A stretch of DNA of 59,644 nt from a virus: positions 1-59,644 of the IMG/VR virus record IMGVR_UViG_3300045988_078497. One strand, given 5' to 3'. Shown piece after piece: positions 51,093-59,375 of this stretch. Made by a program: the position numbers and the translations under genes. The first letter of the stretch is position 1. Each line of letters opens with the position of its first letter. Under the pieces are notes generated by a model, which worked only from the letters and a program-made list of their open reading frames with translations, did no database searches and had not been told where the DNA came from.

Positions 51093-51878
51093 TTAGCATC
51101 CGCAACCAGTATTGCATCCGCAAGCATATCCATACGGAGATGGAACGGTGTATGCCGGAATCGGAGCTGGGTTAACAGCATTGATAATCTGTTGTGTCTG
51201 AGCTGCCATCTGAGTTGTAAGCAGTGCGCTCTGGCGATCCTGTGAAGCTGCTCTGCGAAGATCATTATTTTCTGCCTGTAAGGAAGAAATTTTTTCGTTG
51301 CAGAGATAATCGAGGATTGCTCTAGTCCCTGCGTTCTGGCTCTCAATAATATCTCTTGTATTTGTGTTCATGGTGTTCTGCAACGCACATGTGTTTGTTG
51401 CCATGTTGTAATTTACACCTTGAATAGCTTCTCTCGTCTCACAGCAGCAATTAGCTAACTGTGACTGTAACGCATTTGTGTTCTGCATATTAGCAACAGT
51501 ATCAGCATTAATAGCCTGCTGAATGCCGTAACCGGTCTGCATAATATTTGTGTTAATACCATTAAAGCCGGTAAGCATACTGTTGTTCATTGCATAAAAA
51601 CCGTCGCAAAGTCCGTTAGAAATGCCATCTAACTTGCTGATAACTGCGGAATTATCAAATCCTCTCTGTATATCAGCCTGTGTAGCTGCTGTAGAAACAT
51701 AACCACCGCCATTATTACAGCCAAATCCACCTAATCCGTTGTTTCCCCATCCAAAAAGCAACGCGAACACGACTATAATCCATAACCATCCCCCGTCGCC
51801 CCATGCGCCACCGTCAGAATAACCGCCGGTAGCCGGCATAACAGGCATGGTAAAAGGCGTATTGTTTGAGTTAAACAT
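51093..51878 (-). CDS. Cargo membrane protein, Gly-rich N-terminus, N/Q/T-rich core, Cys-rich C-terminus (261 aa)
   Basis: GGAGGTAAAACT-ATG; GGYSDGGAWGDGGWLWIIVVFALLFGWGNNGLGGFGCNNGGGY ... LANCCCETREA ... YGYACGCNTGCGC. Confidence 0.55.
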   Translation of the reverse strand: MFNSNNTPFTMPVMPATGGYSDGGAWGDGGWLWIIVVFALLFGWGNNGLGGFGCNNGGGYVSTAATQADIQRGFDNSAVISKLDGISNGLCDGFYAMNNSMLTGFNGINTNIMQTGYGIQQAINADTVANMQNTNALQSQLANCCCETREAIQGVNYNMATNTCALQNTMNTNTRDIIESQNAGTRAILDYLCNEKISSLQAENNDLRRAASQDRQSALLTTQMAAQTQQIINAVNPAPIPAYTVPSPYGYACGCNTGCGC

Positions 51879-51948
51879 AGTTTTACCTCCGAAAATTTTA
51901 TTCATAAAGATGTCACCCAGGAATTGTATACAAACATCTATTATGCCA

Positions 51949-52182
51949 TTAATTATTAAACTTGCTTTTGATCTGATTTATTACATCTTCTGCATTCAGA
52001 CCTTTTTCCTTACACAAATTTCGTGCCATTTGCTCAATTCCTTGCATATCGCCTTTTTGAGCCATTTCTATTGTATTCTTCATTAAGGGATTTCTCATAA
52101 TCTGATTATTTCCCATCATCTGTTGTAAAAATTGCTGTGGGTTCCCGTTTTTCATCATCTGGAAAATATTTAATGGATTCAT
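51949..52182 (-). CDS. Cargo small M/Q/N-rich protein (77 aa)
   Basis: MNPLNIFQMMKNGNPQQFLQQMMGNNQIMRNPLMKNTIEMAQKGDMQGIEQMARN. Confidence 0.5.
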   Translation of the reverse strand: MNPLNIFQMMKNGNPQQFLQQMMGNNQIMRNPLMKNTIEMAQKGDMQGIEQMARNLCKEKGLNAEDVINQIKSKFNN

Positions 52183-52236
52183 TCTGCACCATCCTTTTGA
52201 ATTAACATACCAACTACATATCAACTAATACACAAA

Positions 52237-52746
52237 CTAAGTTGTGCTATTCTTTGATTTAGTTGTTCTATTAGTTGGTGTATCGCAAATTTTTTGCTCC
52301 AACTTGCAAATCTCACTTACAAGTTCATTTAGTTTTTCATCAAATCCGCTTCTGACATCTTCTAGTGCTTCTAAAACTGTTTTTTCTTTATCGTTTGATA
52401 AGTTGTTAGCATGTTCATTTAAAGCTGGCTTAAACACGACAGTACGGATTGTACCGTCAGCATTCCATTGTTTTGCATAAATTTCCGACATGTCCTGTTT
52501 TGGAAATATTGCAACACTTCCGTCCATCGGAACATCGTTTGCATTAATCACATCAACCGATGGAACAATTTTTCCATTTATGAAAGTCGATTGTGACTGC
52601 TGCACCGGTTGCATTTGCTGTTGAAACTGCTGCTGTGGTTCGAATCTCTGCTGTTGGTATTGGTTTCCACCATAATTCCCATATTGGAAATATGGCTGTA
52701 TCTGCGGATTGTATATGCTATTCGGATACTGGTTGTTCATCTGCAT
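52237..52746 (-). CDS. Cargo protein with Q/N/Y-rich prion-like N-terminus (169 aa)
   Basis: MQMNNQYPNSIYNPQIQPYFQYGNYGGNQYQQQRFEPQQQFQQQMQPVQQSQS then a globular domain and a C-terminal helix. Confidence 0.55.
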   Translation of the reverse strand: MQMNNQYPNSIYNPQIQPYFQYGNYGGNQYQQQRFEPQQQFQQQMQPVQQSQSTFINGKIVPSVDVINANDVPMDGSVAIFPKQDMSEIYAKQWNADGTIRTVVFKPALNEHANNLSNDKEKTVLEALEDVRSGFDEKLNELVSEICKLEQKICDTPTNRTTKSKNSTT

Positions 52747-52943
52747 TCTGCTTTTCCCCCTCTAAAACTTCCTCGATCGCATGTATCACAGAGGATTGTG
52801 TCTGCAAATCAAGCCTTTGCATCTCTTTTCTGTTAAAAATTTTCTCTAAAATTTCATCTGAAAACACATTGTCACCCTCTTTCTAAATAAATTTTTGCAT
52901 AAAAAGTAAGCAGATACCATATCAGTATCGGCTCAAAAAAGTA

Positions 52944-53144
52944 TCACATCACTTTTCTTATTTTCTCATTCATAGTTTTTGCTATACGTTTCACTGTAGC
53001 AATACTCACGTTCATTTCCTCAGCGCACATCTCGTAGCTGCACTCTTTGTTTCGAAGCATAAACAATGTGTGCTGCTGATCTGTAAAGTTAGCTTTATCT
53101 AAAATGTAATTAATTTCATCTTTGGTAAAATCCGGCACTTTTAT
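52944..53144 (-). CDS. Small sigma-70 region-4-like HTH regulator (66 aa)
   Basis: GGAGGT RBS; MIKVPDFTKDEINYILDKANFTDQQHTLFMLRNKECSYEMCAEEMNVSIATVKRIAKTMNEKI. Confidence 0.55.
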   Translation of the reverse strand: MKVPDFTKDEINYILDKANFTDQQHTLFMLRNKECSYEMCAEEMNVSIATVKRIAKTMNEKIRKVM

Positions 53145-53295
53145 CATGGCAATACCTCCAGAATATTTTTTTGAGAAATTGGCAAAAAGCACCCCTTATA
53201 TTATATGCTCAGACATAAAAAAAGATGCCTAACGGCACCAACTTTTTTCAACTGTATTAAGGCTATTTTCTTATGCTATTTTTTACACCAATTTT

Positions 53296-53344
53296 GTACC
53301 AATTTTTGTACCAATTTTTAAAAACGTACCAATTTTGTACCAAT
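53296..53344. promoter_or_regulatory. attP arm: four GTACCAAT repeats (putative integrase arm-type sites)
   Basis: Copies at 53296, 53308, 53326, 53337; a variant ACACCAAT lies just upstream. Confidence 0.7.
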
Positions 53345-53558
53345 CAAAAGTTGAATTTAAACATTTTTGTAGGTTTTTGTGAAGCTGTTAAATTTGCTTT
53401 ATTTCCAGTATTTATGCTGTTTGTAGACTTATGTAGACTTTTAAACAGAAAGTCGTTTTTGCGTTATTTCATAAGGAAATGATCTGTATTATTGCTTCTC
53501 TTATGTGCTTCAAACCATTGATTTTACTGGGTTTCGTGCTATTTAGTTATATAGTTTT

Positions 53559-53577
53559 GTACCAATTCCGTACCAAT
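53559..53577. promoter_or_regulatory. attP arm: two more GTACCAAT repeats abutting the integrase stop
   Basis: Copies at 53559 and 53570. Confidence 0.65.
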
Positions 53578-54704
53578 TACACCACTTTTAGGTAATTTTC
53601 CAGCTTCAAAATTTCCTTTTCGTTTGCTTCTTCTGTTGTATGAACATAAAGGTTCATTGTTATTGTTATGCTAGAATGTCCGAGGATGGTCTGTAATGTT
53701 TTTGGTCTTATTCCTGCTTCAATACACCTAGTAGCATAAGTGTGTCTCAGAGAATGCATCGAAAAAACATCCACATTATATTTTTTACAATAAGATTTCA
53801 ATAACGTATTAAGTGAACTTCTAGTATTCAAAACACCATGCGTATTCAAAAAAATATTATTTTTATATTTTAAACTAATTACTTTTAATTTTGCATTTTT
53901 TTCTTTTTGTGCATTAAGCAGTTTCTTTGCTTCTTCTGTCAGTGGAACAGTGCGTATACTTGTTTTCGATTTTGGCGTTCCGACTTTTGTTTTTTTGTCT
54001 GTGTCTTGAAATAATGTTTTGTTTACGCATATTTTATTCTTTTCAAAATCAACATCATCCCACGTCAGCGCAAGAATTTCACTGACTCTCATACCGGTTT
54101 GTAACGCAAATGCAAAAAAATTATAATTTGCAGTATTTTTCGATCTCTCAAGAAAATCTTTCTGCTCCTGCACCGTCAAAAACCTTATTTTCACTTCCTC
54201 TTTCACCGGAATTTTTACATTCCTTGTTACCGGATTGAATGATATAAAGGAGTTTTCAACGGCGGATTCAAAAAAACCATGCATAACTTCACGAACTCCT
54301 TGTATAGTGTTCTTTTTCATCCCGTTTTCCATCATTACTTCAAACACTTCGCTACAATGAATCGGTTTGACATCTTTAATCAACATATCCCCCATTACCG
54401 GCTTTATGTGTCTTAACCATCTTGTTAAATTTGCACTCTGCGTGTTTGGCTTCCAGAACGGTTTTTTTAATTTTTCGTACCAGTAATTAAACCACGATTC
54501 AACAGTGGGATTATCTCCACGCAGAACATTACCATGCTCTTTTTCAAACTGCATGTCTGCCACCCACTTCCTACAATCCTGTAGTTTTTTAAAATTTTTA
54601 GAAATCCTTTTTCCATTGCGATCAGTTACTCTACCCATGTAAAATCCATCGGTTCTTTGAGAAATACCTATTCCAAGTTCTTTTCCTTTTAGGCTTTTTC
54701 CCAT
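53577..54704 (-). CDS. int: Tyrosine integrase
   Basis: C-terminal catalytic region ...MRVSEILALTWDDVDF...HSLRHTYATRCIEAGI...LGHSSITITMNLYVH (R..HxxR..Y); start at ATG 54704 or GTG 54713. Confidence 0.9.
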   Translation of the reverse strand: MGKSLKGKELGIGISQRTDGFYMGRVTDRNGKRISKNFKKLQDCRKWVADMQFEKEHGNVLRGDNPTVESWFNYWYEKLKKPFWKPNTQSANLTRWLRHIKPVMGDMLIKDVKPIHCSEVFEVMMENGMKKNTIQGVREVMHGFFESAVENSFISFNPVTRNVKIPVKEEVKIRFLTVQEQKDFLERSKNTANYNFFAFALQTGMRVSEILALTWDDVDFEKNKICVNKTLFQDTDKKTKVGTPKSKTSIRTVPLTEEAKKLLNAQKEKNAKLKVISLKYKNNIFLNTHGVLNTRSSLNTLLKSYCKKYNVDVFSMHSLRHTYATRCIEAGIRPKTLQTILGHSSITITMNLYVHTTEEANEKEILKLENYLKVV

Positions 54705-54778
54705 TATTCGCACCCCTTTCTTTAAAAGAAAAAGCCTTAATACAGTAATTTCATATTACTACATAAGGCTTTAAAAGT

Positions 54779-54994
54779 CTACATTTCCACATTTTCCGAA
54801 ATGAATTTTTCAAACTCTTTTCTCTTTATCAATCTCTTATTTCCACACCAGATAACGTACTTACATCTTGGGTCATTTGTCATTTCTCTTAACCGGTTGA
54901 CGCCAACATTGCTATAAGCTGCTGCTTCCTCAAGAGTTAATGTCACTTTTTCACATATTGGCACTACCTTTTTTCTATTCTCCATCTTCTTCAC
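54779..54994 (-). CDS. xis: Excisionase-family DNA-binding protein
   Basis: KVTLTLEEAAAYSNVGVNRLREMTNDP..IWCGNKRLIKRKEFEKFI typical of Tn916-type Xis/HTH_17; immediately upstream of int. Confidence 0.75.
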   Translation of the reverse strand: MKKMENRKKVVPICEKVTLTLEEAAAYSNVGVNRLREMTNDPRCKYVIWCGNKRLIKRKEFEKFISENVEM

Positions 54995-55595
54995 CTCTCA
55001 TGTCGAATTTTACTTCTTTTTTCAAAATTGCAGTCACATCTTCCTGTGTAATATATCCGGTTGCCAGATAATCATTAATCAGTGTAATACATTCGTTTAC
55101 AAAATTCCGAATCTGCTTCTTGCTAAACTTCTCAATCTCTTGCAATTCTGTACACACCATACAAATTGCCAGTGAACAGGCTAACGTAGCAGCTTGTGTA
55201 TAGTCCATCATATCTCTTGGATTTTTCGGATGTTCAATGCCTGCGATCTGATATCTTGTGTTTCTCGGAATACGCCTACACTCCGCATAGATATCAATGT
55301 CCATTTTTTTCTTGCAGTAAATAATCATCTGGTCAACCTTTATGCCAATCTGATCATTTTTGATAACTGCTGACTGCACTTTTTCACACACACGATTCAG
55401 TCTCTTCAATCCAAATCCAAACTTATCATGCAAAACCCACAATGATATTTCCTTTATGTTCGTATATGCCCGGCTGGACATTTTAGACATCCAGTTAATG
55501 CGGCTCTGATAAGCACCGATAGCATCGATTTCTGACTGCATCCACCCATAATTAGGTTTATTTTTTCTTTTCGCTCTTGTTAATTTGCTGCTCAT
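54975..55595 (-). CDS. Hypothetical protein (206 aa)
   Basis: ORF track. Confidence 0.5.
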   Translation of the reverse strand: MSSKLTRAKRKNKPNYGWMQSEIDAIGAYQSRINWMSKMSSRAYTNIKEISLWVLHDKFGFGLKRLNRVCEKVQSAVIKNDQIGIKVDQMIIYCKKKMDIDIYAECRRIPRNTRYQIAGIEHPKNPRDMMDYTQAATLACSLAICMVCTELQEIEKFSKKQIRNFVNECITLINDYLATGYITQEDVTAILKKEVKFDMRGEEDGE

Positions 55596-55879
55596 ACGTT
55601 CACCTTACCGCCATATCTTTTGTTCATTTCAACCCACTCTTCATATGCTTCTTTCCCAAATCTCTGAACGAATCTGGTTGCCATGCTCAGTTTTAATGGT
55701 TTTTCGACCTCGCCAATCTTTTCCAAGCGGATTTCAATGTTCTCCGGTCTGTGCTCATTTGCCATATTCTTTGCTTTCAACGGAGAAATTCCAAATGTAT
55801 CATTAAGCTCCGCAGAAGTTGCGGTTTCTAAAAATGTTTTTCCATTCACAAAAACTTTGTATTGATTCATCAATTCCAC
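55592..55879 (-). CDS. Hypothetical protein (95 aa)
   Basis: ORF track. Confidence 0.5.
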   Translation of the reverse strand: MELMNQYKVFVNGKTFLETATSAELNDTFGISPLKAKNMANEHRPENIEIRLEKIGEVEKPLKLSMATRFVQRFGKEAYEEWVEMNKRYGGKVNV

Positions 55880-56541
55880 CCCTTATCTAATCGTGTACGC
55901 CAGTCATTCGGCATAGGCACTGTAGTATCGTTATTTTGACCGTATTTCGTTTTTTTATCTTCAAGCAAGGATTTTACTGAACATTTATTTTTATTCGCTA
56001 TTTGAGCCGAATACGAGTTCTGAGACGTATTCTCAATCATTGTTTTTATGTCAGATGGCATTTTTGATATTTCTGCCGCTCTCTGTGCTTCTACCCGGTA
56101 CGCTCTCAAGAAATTGGATTGTATAACTGTTTCAACACTCTCAAGGTTCGTCTGTGACCAGTTTCTAAGGTTGTCTGGTGTTCCGACAGCTTTTTGCACC
56201 AATGGTGGAAGTTTTGAGAACTCTTCCACCGCTCCGTAATACCCATTCCGAATTGCCTTGCTGACTAATCCCCATGCTTCTGTTTCATTTAGCTGTGCCG
56301 GTTCCTCAATTGTTTTGACTTTTGCAATCAGCTGACCAATGCTTGGTGCAAACCCTGTCGAATCTGACAGAATATATGATTTTAATGCTCCTGCAATCTG
56401 ATTGTATGTGTATTCATCAAGCATCATGTTCCAGATATCAACAGTCTCACTCAAATCACTTGGCTTAAAATTCGGGAAGCTGCCACAAATGATACGGATA
56501 ATTTTTACTGTTTCTTCTCTCGTCACTATACACCACTCCAA
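55870..56541 (-). CDS. Helicase loader, G39P-like (loader/inhibitor of G40P family); start ambiguous (TTG 56541 or GTG 56526)
   Basis: ETVKIIRIICGSFPNFKPSDLSETVDIWNMMLDEYTYNQIAGALKSYILSDSTGFAPSIGQLI matches the G39P N-domain pattern. Confidence 0.6.
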   Translation of the reverse strand: MEWCIVTREETVKIIRIICGSFPNFKPSDLSETVDIWNMMLDEYTYNQIAGALKSYILSDSTGFAPSIGQLIAKVKTIEEPAQLNETEAWGLVSKAIRNGYYGAVEEFSKLPPLVQKAVGTPDNLRNWSQTNLESVETVIQSNFLRAYRVEAQRAAEISKMPSDIKTMIENTSQNSYSAQIANKNKCSVKSLLEDKKTKYGQNNDTTVPMPNDWRTRLDKGWN

Positions 56542-57353
56542 TCTATTGGTTTGTTGTAATCCGTTTTCTTTTGTCTGCCATTGTAATCATTTTTCAAATC
56601 ATACACATCAGTCCAACAGTGATCGGTTGACTGGTTCAGAATCTTTACCGCCAAGTCATTGTCCCCGCCAGACAAAGTTTGAATCTTGTTCATCATCCTG
56701 GTTAATGCCTGCTTGGTTGCCAACGGCTTTTTGATTTTGATTCGCATTGATAAAAATTCTCTGAATGCAGTTTCCAGAAGTTCATCATCCGGGTAATACG
56801 GATCGCCTTTCTTTCTAGGTTCGTAAGAACCTCTTTCTTTGTTATTCTTTTCATTCTCTACATTCTTTACATTCTTATCATTCTTTAATTCTTTACATTC
56901 TTGTTTGTGTTCCGTCACTGTATCCGTTGGTGTTTCGTCACTGTATCCGTCACTGTATCCGCTGGTGTGTTCGCCAGTGTATCCGTTAGTGTATCCATTA
57001 CTGTGTCCGTTAGTGTTTTCATAAAACTGGTAAACCACATAATTTACAATGGTTAGGAGTGTTCTACTTTTGTTGCTTTCTTTTTTCAACATCCCATCTT
57101 GTTCAAGTAACTTCAAGAACCTGTAAACCCTGTTTGTGCTCCAATTCCAATTGTCAGATAATTTTCTTACAGATGTCAAAATTTGACCTTTTCCAACGGT
57201 AATTAGTTCGCCATCAAACAATATTTTTTTATCGGAATGATTAGCTGAAAGAAGTAAATCAACCCATGCTGATCTCATATCAAACGGTTCATTTCTTCTC
57301 CATATCCAGCACTCTTGCAACTGTCTGTGCAATTTTATCCACCCTTTTTCCAC
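56526..57353 (-). CDS. Replisome organizer/DnaD-like replication initiation protein
   Basis: MEKGWIKLHRQLQECWIWRRNEPFDMRSAWVDLLLSANH winged-helix N-domain; repeat-encoded GYTNGYTGEHTSGYSDGYSD linker; DnaD-like C-terminus. Confidence 0.75.
   Translation of the reverse strand: MEKGWIKLHRQLQECWIWRRNEPFDMRSAWVDLLLSANHSDKKILFDGELITVGKGQILTSVRKLSDNWNWSTNRVYRFLKLLEQDGMLKKESNKSRTLLTIVNYVVYQFYENTNGHSNGYTNGYTGEHTSGYSDGYSDETPTDTVTEHKQECKELKNDKNVKNVENEKNNKERGSYEPRKKGDPYYPDDELLETAFREFLSMRIKIKKPLATKQALTRMMNKIQTLSGGDNDLAVKILNQSTDHCWTDVYDLKNDYNGRQKKTDYNKPIDWSGV
56914..57010. repeat. Iteron array (six ~12-nt CA(C/G)TGT(A/G)TCC(G/A)T units) inside the replisome-organizer gene: candidate origin
   Basis: gtcactgtatccgt x3 (56914, 56937, 56949), then agtgtatccgtt, agtgtatccatt, actgtgtccgtt. 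Confidence 0.7.
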
Positions 57354-57389
57354 GCTATCACCCCTTTTCTATCTTTTGCTCAAAATCAA

Positions 57390-57578
57390 TCACCATTCTA
57401 CTTTGGTTTCTTCATATTCTTCTTGTAACCAATCAATGAACCCTTTGTGCCCATTTCTGCAATATTCAGATGCCATGCATTCTTCGCACCGATATTCCGA
57501 TGTGTACGATGATACAGCACACAAAAACTCTGCCAGTTCCGCATCACTCATGGAACGAATTTTATCTACATTTTTCAT
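57390..57578 (-). CDS. Hypothetical protein (62 aa)
   Basis: ORF track. Confidence 0.45.
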   Translation of the reverse strand: MKNVDKIRSMSDAELAEFLCAVSSYTSEYRCEECMASEYCRNGHKGFIDWLQEEYEETKVEW

Positions 57579-57582
57579 GCTG

Positions 57583-57786
57583 CTACCTCACTAATTTTTC
57601 AATCGGTACTGCAAATCCACTGAATCTTTTTTCTTCCAGATAGATACCAGTATCAAAAAAGATAAGTTCATTATCTTGCTTATCATACCCAAGGCTGACG
57701 CCATTTACGACAAGGCAATCACGCAACAGGTCCAGAACGACACCGATTGCTTCAATTGTTCCTTGCTCCATAACTTTTTCACTCAT
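57583..57786 (-). CDS. Hypothetical protein (67 aa)
   Basis: ORF track. Confidence 0.45.
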   Translation of the reverse strand: MSEKVMEQGTIEAIGVVLDLLRDCLVVNGVSLGYDKQDNELIFFDTGIYLEEKRFSGFAVPIEKLVR

Positions 57787-57795
57787 ATATATCTC

Positions 57796-58023
57796 CTATC
57801 TACGAACCATCTCACCGTTTTTAATCATTTTATCAAGTGCTGCAACCGAATACGATTCAACATAGCTTGTATGTCCTACATATCCACCAGTAAAATGCAA
57901 TCTCATCCGTACAAATCTTCCGTGATCTGGCACAGATTCTACTACTGCATTCACCCAGTTTTTCTCTCTGATTTCGGTTGCACTGTTTCTATAAATTTTA
58001 TATTTCTGTCCTACTTCGAACAT
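57796..58023 (-). CDS. Hypothetical protein (75 aa; start at ATG 58023 after AGGAGAAAAAG)
   Basis: MFEVGQKYKIYRNSATEIREKNWVNAVV... Confidence 0.45.
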   Translation of the reverse strand: MFEVGQKYKIYRNSATEIREKNWVNAVVESVPDHGRFVRMRLHFTGGYVGHTSYVESYSVAALDKMIKNGEMVRR

Positions 58024-58160
58024 CACTTTTTCTCCTGTTTCCAATATTTTTCATCCAAAATGTATTGTCTTATAAACCTGTCAGCATACTGAGGATGCAT
58101 AAGGCTGCGTTCTGTTTTTCGACTTGTTTTGTCTGTTGATTTGACTGTCGCAAAAATCAC
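58023..58160 (-). CDS. Small hypothetical protein (45 aa, GTG start)
   Basis: GTGA and TGATG overlaps with both neighbours; GAGG 8 nt upstream. Confidence 0.3.
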   Translation of the reverse strand: MIFATVKSTDKTSRKTERSLMHPQYADRFIRQYILDEKYWKQEKK

Positions 58161-58336
58161 TCCTTTACCTCAAGCACCACGCATCCATCATTGTCTTTCG
58201 AAGTGCGAATTAACTCTGCATTTAAAATACTTTCTGGCAGTTCTTCTGCTGAACCAAATTTTGCTTCTATGCTAACAAATGCTACTTTAAATGGCTTGTT
58301 TGGTTTGAGCCAATTTAAAAACTTTTTCACTGTCAT
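58157..58336 (-). CDS. Small hypothetical protein (59 aa)
   Basis: ATGA overlap with upstream stop; MTVKKFLNWLKPNKPFKVAFVSIEAKFGSAEELPESILNAELIRTSKDNDGCVVLEVKE. Confidence 0.45.
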   Translation of the reverse strand: MTVKKFLNWLKPNKPFKVAFVSIEAKFGSAEELPESILNAELIRTSKDNDGCVVLEVKE

Positions 58337-58635
58337 TCTGAATCACCAGCTTTCAAACAATCGCTTACAAGCTTATCTGCTTTGATAAGCTCATAAATAA
58401 TGTCAAGGTAAGTCCTGTTGTCTCTGTATCTGCAATTTGCTTTTTTATGTATTCTTGGGTCATTATTATCCCAATCATTAACGCCAAAATACACATCACT
58501 CACGAAAAGCATTTTCACGCCTCTTGCAACGCAAAGGTAATAGCAACCATTCTTACCATATTTGCCCTTACATTTCTTAAATTCGAATTTTTCAAACTCT
58601 TTGGCTTTAACTTTCGGAATTAGCATTGTTTTCAC
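58333..58635 (-). CDS. Hypothetical protein (100 aa)
   Basis: ORF track. Confidence 0.5.
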   Translation of the reverse strand: MKTMLIPKVKAKEFEKFEFKKCKGKYGKNGCYYLCVARGVKMLFVSDVYFGVNDWDNNDPRIHKKANCRYRDNRTYLDIIYELIKADKLVSDCLKAGDSE

Positions 58636-59206
58636 CCACTTTCAATAAATCCATAAATTTCTCATACTGCTTCTGCGACACCTTATTGTTAGCCTTATCC
58701 TCTCTCAGTTCGATTTTAAGGTGTTTTTCAGCGATATACGATAATTCCCTAGCTAACACTTTTTTGCCTTGCTGTATGCCCTCTGAGTACGTTCTCGGTT
58801 GTTTATACTGACCTGTTACTTGCTTACCTTTGCCTTGGCTGCCTGCCGTTACGTTATACATCTGAAATCCGGCATCAGCCCACTGTCTGATTATAGATAC
58901 TTCCAAATCATCCAGATCCGATTTTGAGCATGTTTTGTATGTCAACTTCCAACCATACGGATTTTTGTCACTGTAAAATCCATGCTTTTTAAGGCTCAAT
59001 GCTATATGATCGTACTCAGCAAGATGTGAAGCACACCTCTCTAAAAGGTTCACGGCCTGCCCTACATAACTCCTACGAATACCTGCTTCATCTGATCGGT
59101 AAAACGCATATATGCCACTTTCACATGGTATTGTGGGGCAAATAGACTTAATCCTCTTTTCTCTTTCTGCTTTCATAGCAAAAACTTTTTTGTAATTAAT
59201 GCTCAT
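58607..59206 (-). CDS. GIY-YIG domain nuclease
   Basis: ESGIYAFYRSDEAGIRRSYVGQAVNLLERCASHL (GIY..YVG..R..H). Confidence 0.65.
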   Translation of the reverse strand: MSINYKKVFAMKAEREKRIKSICPTIPCESGIYAFYRSDEAGIRRSYVGQAVNLLERCASHLAEYDHIALSLKKHGFYSDKNPYGWKLTYKTCSKSDLDDLEVSIIRQWADAGFQMYNVTAGSQGKGKQVTGQYKQPRTYSEGIQQGKKVLARELSYIAEKHLKIELREDKANNKVSQKQYEKFMDLLKVGENNANSES

Positions 59207-59375
59207 TATTCAACTTTCCTTTAAGTTCCTCTAATTCATTGCTTAAATCATCAATCTTTTTAACTGCTTCGCCAAGCAAATATGCATTTTCATTCACAAC
59301 CCTTACAATTTCGTTAAGACCTGGATGAATAGATGCCCCTTTAATCACATGGATTGCATGCCTATTCCATTTCAT
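59196..59375 (-). CDS. Hypothetical coiled-coil protein (59 aa; start at ATG 59375)
   Basis: MKWNRHAIHVIKGASIHPGLNEIVRVVNENAYLLGEAVKKIDDLSNELEELKGKLNNEH. Confidence 0.4.
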   Translation of the reverse strand: MKWNRHAIHVIKGASIHPGLNEIVRVVNENAYLLGEAVKKIDDLSNELEELKGKLNNEH

